From Candidatus Portiera aleyrodidarum (GTDB lineage: Bacteria > Pseudomonadota > Gammaproteobacteria > Johnevansiales > Johnevansiaceae), in NCBI RefSeq assembly GCF_000953295.1, contig NZ_LN649255.1:120001-152000 (forward strand): a DNA stretch of 32,000 nucleotides. Direction: 5' to 3'. Position numbers and translations under genes: made by a program. Positions 22,815 through 31,311 of the stretch are shown one piece after another (within the stretch, counting starts at the first letter, position 1; every line of letters begins with the position of its first letter). Under the pieces are notes generated by a model that was given only the letters and a program-made list of their open reading frames with translations, did not search any database and was not told the origin of the DNA.

Positions 22815-22895
22815 TGGAGAGAGAAGGATTCGAACCTACGAAGCTTCCGCGGCAAATTTACAGTCTGCTCCTTTTGTCCACTTAGGTATCTCTCC
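22815..22895 (-). tRNA. tRNA-Tyr (anticodon GTA), long variable arm
   Basis: 81 nt: GGAGAGA acceptor pairs with TCTCTCC, anticodon arm GCAGA-CTGTAAA-TTTGC, variable arm CGCGGAAGCTTC, T-loop TTCGAAT. No encoded CCA. Confidence 0.92.
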
Positions 22896-22953
22896 TTTTT
22901 TTATTTTATAATATAAAAATAATTATACAATATTTTCTTTATCTTACTTATTT

Positions 22954-23805
22954 TCAATGTTTTTTTACATCAATAAATATCATTAAATTAAAAATTATAA
23001 TAAGAAAGATTGATATTAAAAATAATTTTTTTATAATTTCACTTTTTTTATTTTTATAATTTATAATAGCGATTAATAACCAATAAAGGCTAAATAACGT
23101 AATTAAAATTAAATACATATATCCAGTATAACCATTTAAAAATAACATGATTTCTGAAATAATAAATAATATAATATATATTATTATATGTTGCTTTGTT
23201 ATTAATAAACCTTTATTTATTGGAAATACTGGTATTGATGCTAACAGATATTCTTTTTTTTTTAATATCGCTATAGAATATGAATGTGGAATTTGCCATA
23301 ACCAATAAATTAATAAAATTATTATTGCTGCTAAATCTATCTTCTTGCTAATTGAACAATAACCCAAAATCGGAGGAAGAGATCCAGCAAAACTACCAAC
23401 TAAAGTACTGTATGGAGAATTTCTTTTATAATATAAACTATATAATAATAGATATATAATTATTCCTATTAAGGCTAAACATACAACTAAGATATTAGTT
23501 ATATTATAAAGTAAGAATATCCCTATTAGTAACAAGATATAAGCATAATTAATAGCATTTTTAATAAAACTAAATTCTCTAACTAATACTCTTTTTCTAG
23601 TTCTCAACATTATACTATCAATATCTAGATCTATATAGTTATTTATTATACAACTTGCCGCTATAATTAATATAATTCCTAACACACTACCAAACAATAT
23701 TTTTATATTCCATTTATAAGATAAAAAAATCCCTCCTAATATTGATATTAAATTTCCTATTATTATTTTAGGTTTAATTATTAATAAATAATTTTTATTT
23801 ACCAT
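22954..23805 (-). CDS. cyoE: Protoheme IX farnesyltransferase (heme O synthase)
   Basis: 283-aa polytopic ORF. N-terminus MVNKNYLLIIKPKIIIGNLISILGG and NNYIDLDID match the CyoE pattern. 11-nt overlap with cyoD. Confidence 0.95.
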   Translation of the reverse strand: MVNKNYLLIIKPKIIIGNLISILGGIFLSYKWNIKILFGSVLGIILIIAASCIINNYIDLDIDSIMLRTRKRVLVREFSFIKNAINYAYILLLIGIFLLYNITNILVVCLALIGIIIYLLLYSLYYKRNSPYSTLVGSFAGSLPPILGYCSISKKIDLAAIIILLIYWLWQIPHSYSIAILKKKEYLLASIPVFPINKGLLITKQHIIIYIILFIISEIMLFLNGYTGYMYLILITLFSLYWLLIAIINYKNKKSEIIKKLFLISIFLIIIFNLMIFIDVKKH

Positions 23806-24088
23806 TTATATTATACATGATCCATAAAGACCCACCTATTATTATCATTATTATAAATATTGTAAATATTAAAGATCCTATATATAAGTTAATATCTATT
23901 TTTGAAATTTCTTTTATATTTATAAAATAAATAATTTGTGAAATTATTTGTATAATTGCACATAAAATAATTAATATTTTAATAAAAAATATTGGAAATA
24001 TTAGTTTTACTGCTAAAATATATGCGATTATTGTTAAAAACAAAGATATAAATAATCCTTTTATACAATCATTTACATGTTTTTTCAT
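23795..24088 (-). CDS. cyoD: Cytochrome bo3 ubiquinol oxidase subunit IV
   Basis: 97-aa hydrophobic ORF ending GGSLWIMYNINGK, CyoD-like. Operon position between cyoC and cyoE. Confidence 0.9.
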   Translation of the reverse strand: MKKHVNDCIKGLFISLFLTIIAYILAVKLIFPIFFIKILIILCAIIQIISQIIYFINIKEISKIDINLYIGSLIFTIFIIMIIIGGSLWIMYNINGK

Positions 24089-24094
24089 AGAATT

Positions 24095-24688
24095 TTATTT
24101 TATTAACCCATATAAATATACTATTGTATAAATGCAAACCCATATTATATGTAAAAAATGCCAAAAAATACTTAAACATAATAAACTAGTTCTAGTTTTA
24201 ATATTTAAACCATTAAATAAAATATTAAATAATAAACATATTCCCCAATATATACCTATTATTATATGTATACAATGTATACCAACTAAGGCTAGATATG
24301 CTGAAAGTAAGCTATTTATTTTATGTGTAATATATATATTTCTTATTTCATTTATTTCTAATATCACAAATAAAACTCCTAACAATAAAACAAAAAATAA
24401 ACTATAGAAAAGTTGATTTTTATTAAAAAATAATATAACTATCCCTATAGTAAAACTACTAAACAGCAATATTAATGTTTCTAGATTTACAATATACATA
24501 TTAAAAAGATTTTTTATATTCATATATTTAATACTTAATACCACATAAACAGAAAATATTCCAGAAAATAATATACAATCACTTAAAATATATATCCAAA
24601 AACCTAATAATACTTTACTATTATATTTTTTTTTATTTAAACTTTCTAAAGTATACATTTTAATACCATTTTTTATAACTCTTTTCAT
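24095..24688 (-). CDS. cyoC: Cytochrome bo3 ubiquinol oxidase subunit III
   Basis: ORF with [22 protein letters not shown] and [21 protein letters not shown]. The start is uncertain. ATG 24688 overlaps cyoB by 29 nt. ATG 24658 lies 1 nt after the cyoB stop (TAAAATG) and is equally plausible. Confidence 0.92.
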   Translation of the reverse strand: MKRVIKNGIKMYTLESLNKKKYNSKVLLGFWIYILSDCILFSGIFSVYVVLSIKYMNIKNLFNMYIVNLETLILLFSSFTIGIVILFFNKNQLFYSLFFVLLLGVLFVILEINEIRNIYITHKINSLLSAYLALVGIHCIHIIIGIYWGICLLFNILFNGLNIKTRTSLLCLSIFWHFLHIIWVCIYTIVYLYGLIK

Positions 24689-26618
24689 TTTTTTTTATTT
24701 CTTCAATACTTATATAATAAGATTTATTTTTACTATACATATAACACATATATATAATTAATATTCCAAAGAAACTTAAAATAGATAACCACCAAATATA
24801 CCAAACCATTGAAAAACTAAAAATTAAACTAAATAAAGATATTATAAAACCTTTACTTGTATTTTTAGGCATTTTTATTTTTTCATATTTTATTTTTTCT
24901 ACATATTTTTGTTTTTTTATATACCAAAAGTGATCCCGTACAAGGATTTTTGGGATATATGAAAAATTATAAACTGGTGGAGGAGAAGATATACTCCATT
25001 CTAAAGTTCTACCATTCCAAATATCTCCTACTTCTTCAGTTTCATCTTTAGAGGTTATACTTATAATTAATTGTAAGATTTGAAATATTATACCCAGTAA
25101 TATTAGTAATGTTCCAAATAACGCAGTTAATAATAATAAATGCCAATTATGATCATTATAATAACTCAGTCTTCTTGTCATACCTAAAAAACCTAAAATA
25201 TATAAAGGAATAAAAGCAAAAAATAAACCTATTACCCAACAAAAAAATGTATATTTACCTAATCTTTCATTTAATTTAAAACCAAAGATTTTAGGAAACC
25301 AATAATTTAATCCAGATAAATAACCAAAGATTACTCCACCTATAATTACATTATGAAAATGTGCTACTAAAAATAAACTGTTATGTAATAAATAATCTAT
25401 TCCAGGTATAGATAATAAAACTCCTGCCATTCCACCTATACTAAAAGTTATTAAAAATCCTAAAGTCCAAAACATCGGAATACTAAATTCTATTTTTCCT
25501 TTATACATAGTAAATAACCAATTAAATATTTTTACTCCAGTAGGAATTGAAATTATCATGGTCGAAATTCCAAAAAAAGCATTAACATCTGCACCAGCTC
25601 CCATTGTAAAAAAATGATGTAACCATACTAGAAATGATAAACCTGTAATTACACAAGTGGCATAGACTAATGAATTATAACCAAATAATTTTTTTTTACA
25701 AAATGTTGCCACTACTTCAGAAAATATACCAAAAGCCGGTAAGATTAATATATAAACTTCTGGATGACCCCAAGCCCAAATAAGATTTATATATATCATT
25801 GGATTTCCACCAAAATGATTAGTAAAAAATTGCATACCTAAATATCTATCTAATGTTAACAATAAAATAGTAGCAGTTAATATAGGAAATGACATTATTA
25901 TTAAAATATTACTGCATAAGATTGTCCATGTAAAAATAGGTAATCTCATAAAATCCATACCTGGAGCACGCATTTTTATTATTGTTACTAAAAAATTTAT
26001 ACCTGAGATTAAAGTTCCTATCCCAGATAATTGTAAACTCCATATCCAATAATCGACTCCAACTCCTTTACTAAACTCTATACCAGATAATGGTGGATAT
26101 GCTAACCAACCTGTAGAAGCAAACTCACCTATAAATAAAGAAATATTAATTAATATTCCAGAAAATACAGTTAACCATAAACTCAAGGAATTTAAAAACG
26201 GAAATGCCACATCTCTAGCACCAATTTGTAAAGGTATAATTATATTCATTAACCCAAAAAGAAAAGGCATTGCCATAAAAAATATCATTATTACCCCATG
26301 AACTGTAAATATTTGATCATAATGAGAAGAAGGTAAATAACCTATATTATCTTTATAAGCAATAGCTTGCTGAAATCTCATCATTAGGGCATCTGTAAAG
26401 CCACGAATTAACATAATTAATGCAAAAATTATATATATAATCCCTATTTTTTTATGATCTAATGTTTTTATCCAATTTTTCCATATATATAACCACTTTT
26501 TGAAATATGTTATTATAAATATAATAAATATACTAATAAAAAAAACTATACAAGCTGTAAAGACTATTATTGGTTCTTTATATGGTATAGATTCCCAATT
26601 TAATCTACCTATCAACAT
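24660..26618 (-). CDS. cyoB: Cytochrome bo3 ubiquinol oxidase subunit I
   Basis: 652-aa ORF. Heme-copper oxidase motifs [23 protein letters not shown] and [15 protein letters not shown] upstream. Confidence 0.98.
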   Translation of the reverse strand: MLIGRLNWESIPYKEPIIVFTACIVFFISIFIIFIITYFKKWLYIWKNWIKTLDHKKIGIIYIIFALIMLIRGFTDALMMRFQQAIAYKDNIGYLPSSHYDQIFTVHGVIMIFFMAMPFLFGLMNIIIPLQIGARDVAFPFLNSLSLWLTVFSGILINISLFIGEFASTGWLAYPPLSGIEFSKGVGVDYWIWSLQLSGIGTLISGINFLVTIIKMRAPGMDFMRLPIFTWTILCSNILIIMSFPILTATILLLTLDRYLGMQFFTNHFGGNPMIYINLIWAWGHPEVYILILPAFGIFSEVVATFCKKKLFGYNSLVYATCVITGLSFLVWLHHFFTMGAGADVNAFFGISTMIISIPTGVKIFNWLFTMYKGKIEFSIPMFWTLGFLITFSIGGMAGVLLSIPGIDYLLHNSLFLVAHFHNVIIGGVIFGYLSGLNYWFPKIFGFKLNERLGKYTFFCWVIGLFFAFIPLYILGFLGMTRRLSYYNDHNWHLLLLTALFGTLLILLGIIFQILQLIISITSKDETEEVGDIWNGRTLEWSISSPPPVYNFSYIPKILVRDHFWYIKKQKYVEKIKYEKIKMPKNTSKGFIISLFSLIFSFSMVWYIWWLSILSFFGILIIYMCYMYSKNKSYYISIEEIKKNEKSYKKWY

Positions 26619-26633
26619 CTTTATACTCCTTTA

Positions 26634-27452
26634 TCAATTAAATTTATTTATCAAAACTTTTAAAGAATTATTTTCTAAAGATGAATAATATTCTATTTTA
26701 GAATTTATACTTTTATTTAATAAAATTTTATAATTTATTTGTTTTCTATATTCTTTTATTTTTTTTATCCATATTTCAAAATTTTTTAAAGATACTACTA
26801 AAACTTTAAATTTCATACCTGAAAATCCTTTGCCACTAAAATTAGTGGACATTCCTATATAATTACCTTTTTTGTTAGATATTAAAAAATTTTTACTAAT
26901 CATACCCGACATTGAATAAATTTGACTAGATATTTGAGGTATAAAAAAAGAATTCATTACCGTATTAGACGTTATTTTTAATTCAATAGGAACATTTATT
27001 GGTAATACTAATTGATTTATTGTCGCAATTCCTACTTTATTATAAATAAATAACCATTTCCAATCTAATGATATTACTTCAATATTAATTAAATTTTTAT
27101 TATTATTTAAAACTTTTTTTCCTGGATCTAATTCATGTGTACTTTTCCATGTAATTATTCCTAATATTAAAATTATAAAAATTGGTATCAACCACACTAC
27201 AATTTCAATTTTTTTTGAATAATCCCATTCAGGTTTATATTTTACATTTTTATTTTTTTTTCTAAATTTATATGAAAAATAAAAAGTCATAAATATAACA
27301 GGGATAACAACAATTAACATTAACAATGTAGATATTAAAATTAAATATTTTTGTTTTAAACATATCGGACTACTTGGTTTTAAGATACTTATATATCCTA
27401 CATTATTTAATATTAATATAATTAATAAACTTAAATATATTTTTTTTATCAT
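26634..27452 (-). CDS. cyoA: Cytochrome bo3 ubiquinol oxidase subunit II
   Basis: 272-aa ORF with SLDWKWLFIY, TSNTVMNSFFIPQISSQIYSMSGM and FSGKGFSGMKFKV, CyoA-like with no CuA-site residues. Confidence 0.95.
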   Translation of the reverse strand: MIKKIYLSLLIILILNNVGYISILKPSSPICLKQKYLILISTLLMLIVVIPVIFMTFYFSYKFRKKNKNVKYKPEWDYSKKIEIVVWLIPIFIILILGIITWKSTHELDPGKKVLNNNKNLINIEVISLDWKWLFIYNKVGIATINQLVLPINVPIELKITSNTVMNSFFIPQISSQIYSMSGMISKNFLISNKKGNYIGMSTNFSGKGFSGMKFKVLVVSLKNFEIWIKKIKEYRKQINYKILLNKSINSKIEYYSSLENNSLKVLINKFN

Positions 27453-27486
27453 TTATATTTCCAATTTAAATTTCATTTTTCTTTTT

Positions 27487-29115
27487 TTATTCTTCAATAA
27501 ATGACCTTAAGGCTTCAGAGCGTGAAGGATGTCTTAATTTTCTTAAAGCTTTTGCTTCTATCTGACGAATTCTTTCCCGAGTTACCTCAAATTGTTTGCC
27601 AACTTCTTCTAAAGTATGATCTGTATTCATATCTATTCCAAATCTCATTCGTAAAACTTTTGCTTCTCTCGCTGTTAATTCACTTAAAACATTTCTTGTT
27701 GCTTCTACTAAGCCCTCATCTGTCGCTGCTTCTATTGGTGATGCAGTTATATTATCTTCTATAAAATCACTTAAATAATAATCTTCATCTTCGCCTATTG
27801 GTGTTTCTATAGATATAGGTTCTTTTGCTATTTTCATTATTTTTCTTATTTTTTTTTCTGAAATTTCTAGTCTATTGCTTAACTCTTCAGGTGTAGGTTC
27901 TCTACCTCTTTCCTGCAACAGTTTTCTAGATAACCTATTTAATCTATTTATTGTTTCTATCATATGTACTGGGATTCTTATTGTTCTTGCCTGATCTGCT
28001 ATTGATCTAGTAATAGCTTGACGTATCCACCATGTAGCATATGTAGAAAATTTATAGCCTTTGCGATATTCAAATTTCTCAACTGCTTTCATTAAACCTA
28101 TATTCCCTTCTTGTATTAAATCTAAAAATTGTAAACCACGATTCGTATATTTTTTTGCTATTGATATTACTAATCTTAAATTTGCTTCAATCATTTCTTT
28201 TTTTGCTTTATGAGCTTTAGTTTCTCCTATTAAAAATTTTTTGTTTATTTCTTTTAATTCACCAACAGATAAATTTATTTGTTGTTGTTCTAATAAAATT
28301 TTTTTTTGTGCTTTAACAATCTCACTTCTATATTTTTTTATACTATTTTTTTTATCTGAATTCTTATATATAAATTTATCTAACCAGTTTAAATTAGTTT
28401 CATTACCTATAAAACTATCTATAAATTTTTTTCTTGAGTAGTTTCCATATTTTACCATATATTTTAATATTAATTTTTCTTGACTTCTTATATTATCTAT
28501 ACTAAATTTAACTTTATTTAATAAACATTCAAAATGTTTTGGTAATAATTTTATATGTGAAAATAAATTAGATAGCAATTTTAATTCTATTTTTGTTTCT
28601 TTTGATTTATATCCATATTTAAACATGGTTTTTTTTACTTTTTTATTTTGTTTACGAATTTTTTCAAACTTTATATTTGTTAATATTGGATCTGGTCCTT
28701 CATTCTGATAAGTTTTATTATTAGAATTTTCATTATTTTTTTTTATATCTTTTTTTTCTAAATTTATAAAACCTGTAAATAAATCATAAAAATTTTCCCC
28801 TGATTCTTTTTTTATTAAATCATAAATTTCTATTATATAATCTACTGCACCTGGCAAATAAACTATTGCTGCCATAATTTCTTTAGTACCTTCTTCTATT
28901 TTTTTTGCTATTTCTATTTCCCCTTTTCTATTTAATAATTCTATATTTCCCATTTCTCTCATGTATATTCGTACAGGATCATTATTACGTATATCACTTT
29001 CTTTATTCCAAGAAACTAATTCCTCTGTTTCTTCAATATTATTATAATTTTTATATCTTAATGTATCTTCTTCAGATAATTTATCAAGAAGATTAATTCC
29101 TTTTTCTTTAAACAT
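27487..29115 (-). CDS. rpoD: RNA polymerase primary sigma factor (sigma70), N-terminally shortened
   Basis: 542-aa [14 protein letters not shown] (region 1.2), [56 protein letters not shown] (region 2), [30 protein letters not shown] (region 4.2). GAGGA 10 nt upstream. Confidence 0.98.
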   Translation of the reverse strand: MFKEKGINLLDKLSEEDTLRYKNYNNIEETEELVSWNKESDIRNNDPVRIYMREMGNIELLNRKGEIEIAKKIEEGTKEIMAAIVYLPGAVDYIIEIYDLIKKESGENFYDLFTGFINLEKKDIKKNNENSNNKTYQNEGPDPILTNIKFEKIRKQNKKVKKTMFKYGYKSKETKIELKLLSNLFSHIKLLPKHFECLLNKVKFSIDNIRSQEKLILKYMVKYGNYSRKKFIDSFIGNETNLNWLDKFIYKNSDKKNSIKKYRSEIVKAQKKILLEQQQINLSVGELKEINKKFLIGETKAHKAKKEMIEANLRLVISIAKKYTNRGLQFLDLIQEGNIGLMKAVEKFEYRKGYKFSTYATWWIRQAITRSIADQARTIRIPVHMIETINRLNRLSRKLLQERGREPTPEELSNRLEISEKKIRKIMKIAKEPISIETPIGEDEDYYLSDFIEDNITASPIEAATDEGLVEATRNVLSELTAREAKVLRMRFGIDMNTDHTLEEVGKQFEVTRERIRQIEAKALRKLRHPSRSEALRSFIEE

Positions 29116-29240
29116 ACTAATAATATCCTCTATTTATTTTATCTTACATAATATAAATTATTATTCTTTTATTTTAAACTCCATATTTCTCAGTCACTAT
29201 TTTTTATCCAATAATTTTTATCAATCTTCAAATTGAGTAG

Positions 29241-29456
29241 TTAATATTTCCGTTCAAACCGTTTTCGCTCTCGGTTAATTTTTTTCATATATCTTTTTAT
29301 AGCCGCTGCTGCTTTTCTTTTCCGAATTGTTGTTGGTTTTTCATAAAATTCTCTACGACGTACTTCTGATAAAATACCTACTTTTTCACAAGATCTTTTA
29401 AATCTTCTTAAAGCAACATCAAATGATTCATTTTCTTTAATTTTAATATAAGGCAT
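29241..29456 (-). CDS. rpsU: 30S ribosomal protein S21
   Basis: The track ORF starts 5 codons early. [25 protein letters not shown]... aligns with S21 from the second ATG (29456), which has AGGAG 5 nt upstream. 71 aa. Confidence 0.95.
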   Translation of the reverse strand: MPYIKIKENESFDVALRRFKRSCEKVGILSEVRRREFYEKPTTIRKRKAAAAIKRYMKKINRERKRFERKY

Positions 29457-29498
29457 TTTTTCTCCTTTCATTTATAAATAATATATAATATATATTAT

Positions 29499-30527
29499 AT
29501 GATTATTTTAGGAATAGAAACATCTTGCGATGATACATGTGTAGCATTATATGACACTAAATTTGGTTTAATTGCAAATAAAAAATATAATCAACCTATA
29601 CATCAAGTTTTCGGAGGAGTTTTACCTAATTTATCATCTATTTATCATTTAAATAAATTAATCCCTATTATTAATAAATTATTCTTGTTATTAAATATAA
29701 AAAAAAAATATATAAAAGCAATTGCTTATACTGCTGGACCTGGTTTATATAATTCCTTATTTATTGGAGCTTATATTGCATATAGTATTTCATATACACT
29801 TAATATACCTATTATTGGAGTTAATCATTTAGAAGGACATATTTTTTCTCCTATGCTTAATAAAAAAAAACCTAAATTTCCTTTTATTTCTTTATTAATT
29901 TCTGGAGGAAATACGCAGATAATTGATGTAAAAAATATAGGGAATTATAAAATTTTAGGATATTCTATAGATGATTCAATTGGAGAAACATATGATAAAA
30001 TAGCCAAAATGCTTAATTTAGATTATCCAGGAGGGAAAAAATTATCTAATTTAGCTAAAGTAGGAAATAATAAAAAATTAATATTTCCTAAATCTTTTTT
30101 ATATGAAACTAATTTAAAGTTTAGTTTTTCTGGAATTAAAACATATATTTTTAATATATTAAAAAATAAAAAAAACAATTCTCAATATAAAGCTAATTTA
30201 GCAAAATCTTTTGAAGAATATATTATTAATATACTAAGTATAAAATCTTTTCATGCTTTAAAAAAATATGGTAGAGTTAATCTTTTAGTTTCTGGAGGAG
30301 TAAGTGCAAATAAGAATTTACGTAATAAGTTAAAAAAACAATTAAAAAAATATATAAATAAATTAAAAATTTATTTTCCAAATAAAAAACTTTGTACAGA
30401 TAATGCGGCAATGATTGCTTATCTAGGTGCTCTTCGTATAAATTCAGGAGAAAAAGTATATAAGAATATTAAGATATTTCCTAAATGGCCTTTAGAAAAA
30501 CTAAAATATCCTTTATATAATAATTAG
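29499..30527 (+). CDS. tsaD: tRNA N6-adenosine threonylcarbamoyltransferase (t6A synthesis; Kae1/Gcp/YgjD family)
   Basis: 342-aa ORF. ILGIETSCDDT, metal-binding VNHLEGH, SGGVSAN. Divergent from rpsU as in E. coli. The only plus-strand gene. Confidence 0.95.
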   Translation: MIILGIETSCDDTCVALYDTKFGLIANKKYNQPIHQVFGGVLPNLSSIYHLNKLIPIINKLFLLLNIKKKYIKAIAYTAGPGLYNSLFIGAYIAYSISYTLNIPIIGVNHLEGHIFSPMLNKKKPKFPFISLLISGGNTQIIDVKNIGNYKILGYSIDDSIGETYDKIAKMLNLDYPGGKKLSNLAKVGNNKKLIFPKSFLYETNLKFSFSGIKTYIFNILKNKKNNSQYKANLAKSFEEYIINILSIKSFHALKKYGRVNLLVSGGVSANKNLRNKLKKQLKKYINKLKIYFPNKKLCTDNAAMIAYLGALRINSGEKVYKNIKIFPKWPLEKLKYPLYNN

Positions 30528-31310
30528 TTAATTTAATTCTATTATTTTATTAGTTAATTTTACAAATTCATTTATACTTAATGTTTCTGCTCTTCTTTCT
30601 GGATTAATTTTTAATAACTTCAGATTAAAAGAATCTATTAATCCTTTTAAATTATTTTTTAAGGTTTTTCTTTTTTTTGAAAAAGATTTTTTTACTATAA
30701 AAAAAAATCTTTTTTTATTAGTTACAATAAAAGGCAATTTTTTATATGGGATTAATTTAATCAGAGTCGAATCTACTTTAGGTTTTGGAATAAAGTTTTC
30801 AGAACTTAAATCAAATATTTTAAAAACCTTAAAATAATATTGTATAATTACAGTAAGACCTCCCCAATATTTTTGTCCTTTTTTTGCTAAAATTCTCATT
30901 GCTACTTCTTTTTGAAACATTAAATACATATCTTTTATATTTTTTTTATAAATTATTAATTTAAATAAAATTTTTATAGATATATTATATGGTAAATTGC
31001 CTAAAACTCTAATATTATTAATATTTAATTTATTTAAATTTAAATTAATAATATTTTTTTTATAAAGATAATAATTAGGATAAAAATAAAATTTATTTAA
31101 TAACATAATTATTAAATCATTATCAATTTCTATTGAATATAATTTATTTGTAATATCTAAAATTTTTTGTGTTATTAAACCTATACCTGAACCAATTTCT
31201 AAAATATTATCATATTTATTAATCTTAATTATCTTTATCATATTTATTATTATTTTTTTATTAATAATAAAATTTTGACCGAACTGTTTTTTTATTTTTA
31301 AATTCAACAT
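30528..31310 (-). CDS. rsmA: 16S rRNA (adenine1518/1519-N6)-dimethyltransferase
   Basis: 260-aa ORF. KKQFGQNFI, SAM motif ILEIGSGIGLIT, catalytic NLPYNIS. Confidence 0.93.
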   Translation of the reverse strand: MLNLKIKKQFGQNFIINKKIIINMIKIIKINKYDNILEIGSGIGLITQKILDITNKLYSIEIDNDLIIMLLNKFYFYPNYYLYKKNIINLNLNKLNINNIRVLGNLPYNISIKILFKLIIYKKNIKDMYLMFQKEVAMRILAKKGQKYWGGLTVIIQYYFKVFKIFDLSSENFIPKPKVDSTLIKLIPYKKLPFIVTNKKRFFFIVKKSFSKKRKTLKNNLKGLIDSFNLKLLKINPERRAETLSINEFVKLTNKIIELN

Positions 31311-31311
31311 C

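Noticed and set aside
22896-22953. TATAAT (22927-22922) and TATAAA-like hexamers upstream of tRNA-Tyr as a promoter call.
   Set aside because: A promoter here is plausible. But no acceptable -35 exists at 16-18 nt (TAAGTA, ATAAGT), and such AT hexamers are abundant by chance. This is not enough to annotate.
658-29096. Seventeen plus-strand ORFs of 61-169 aa in the track (for example 658-885, 11843-12352, 13094-13408, 15616-15933, 19354-19662, 24132-24407, 27501-27764).
   Set aside because: Each lies fully antisense to a well-supported minus-strand gene. They encode low-complexity Leu/Phe/Ile/Ser-rich strings, the complement of Lys/Glu/Asn-rich codons. None has an SD or recognisable motifs. 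These are typical shadow ORFs of AT-rich DNA.
29116-29240. The rpsU-rpoD spacer as a dnaG pseudogene remnant or a small RNA.
   Set aside because: At 125 nt of AT-rich sequence it is too short and too degenerate to recognise any primase motif. I see no stable stem-loops. Only the absence of dnaG is reported.
29457-29471. A 5-codon extension of rpsU (MKGEK).
   Set aside because: S21 homology starts at [10 protein letters not shown]. The AGGAG that serves the second ATG lies inside the extension.
30523-30560. A 12-nt direct repeat attagttaattt (30523-30534 and 30549-30560) at the tsaD/rsmA boundary.
   Set aside because: It is short, AT-only and partly coding. This is the sort of match expected by chance at this base composition.
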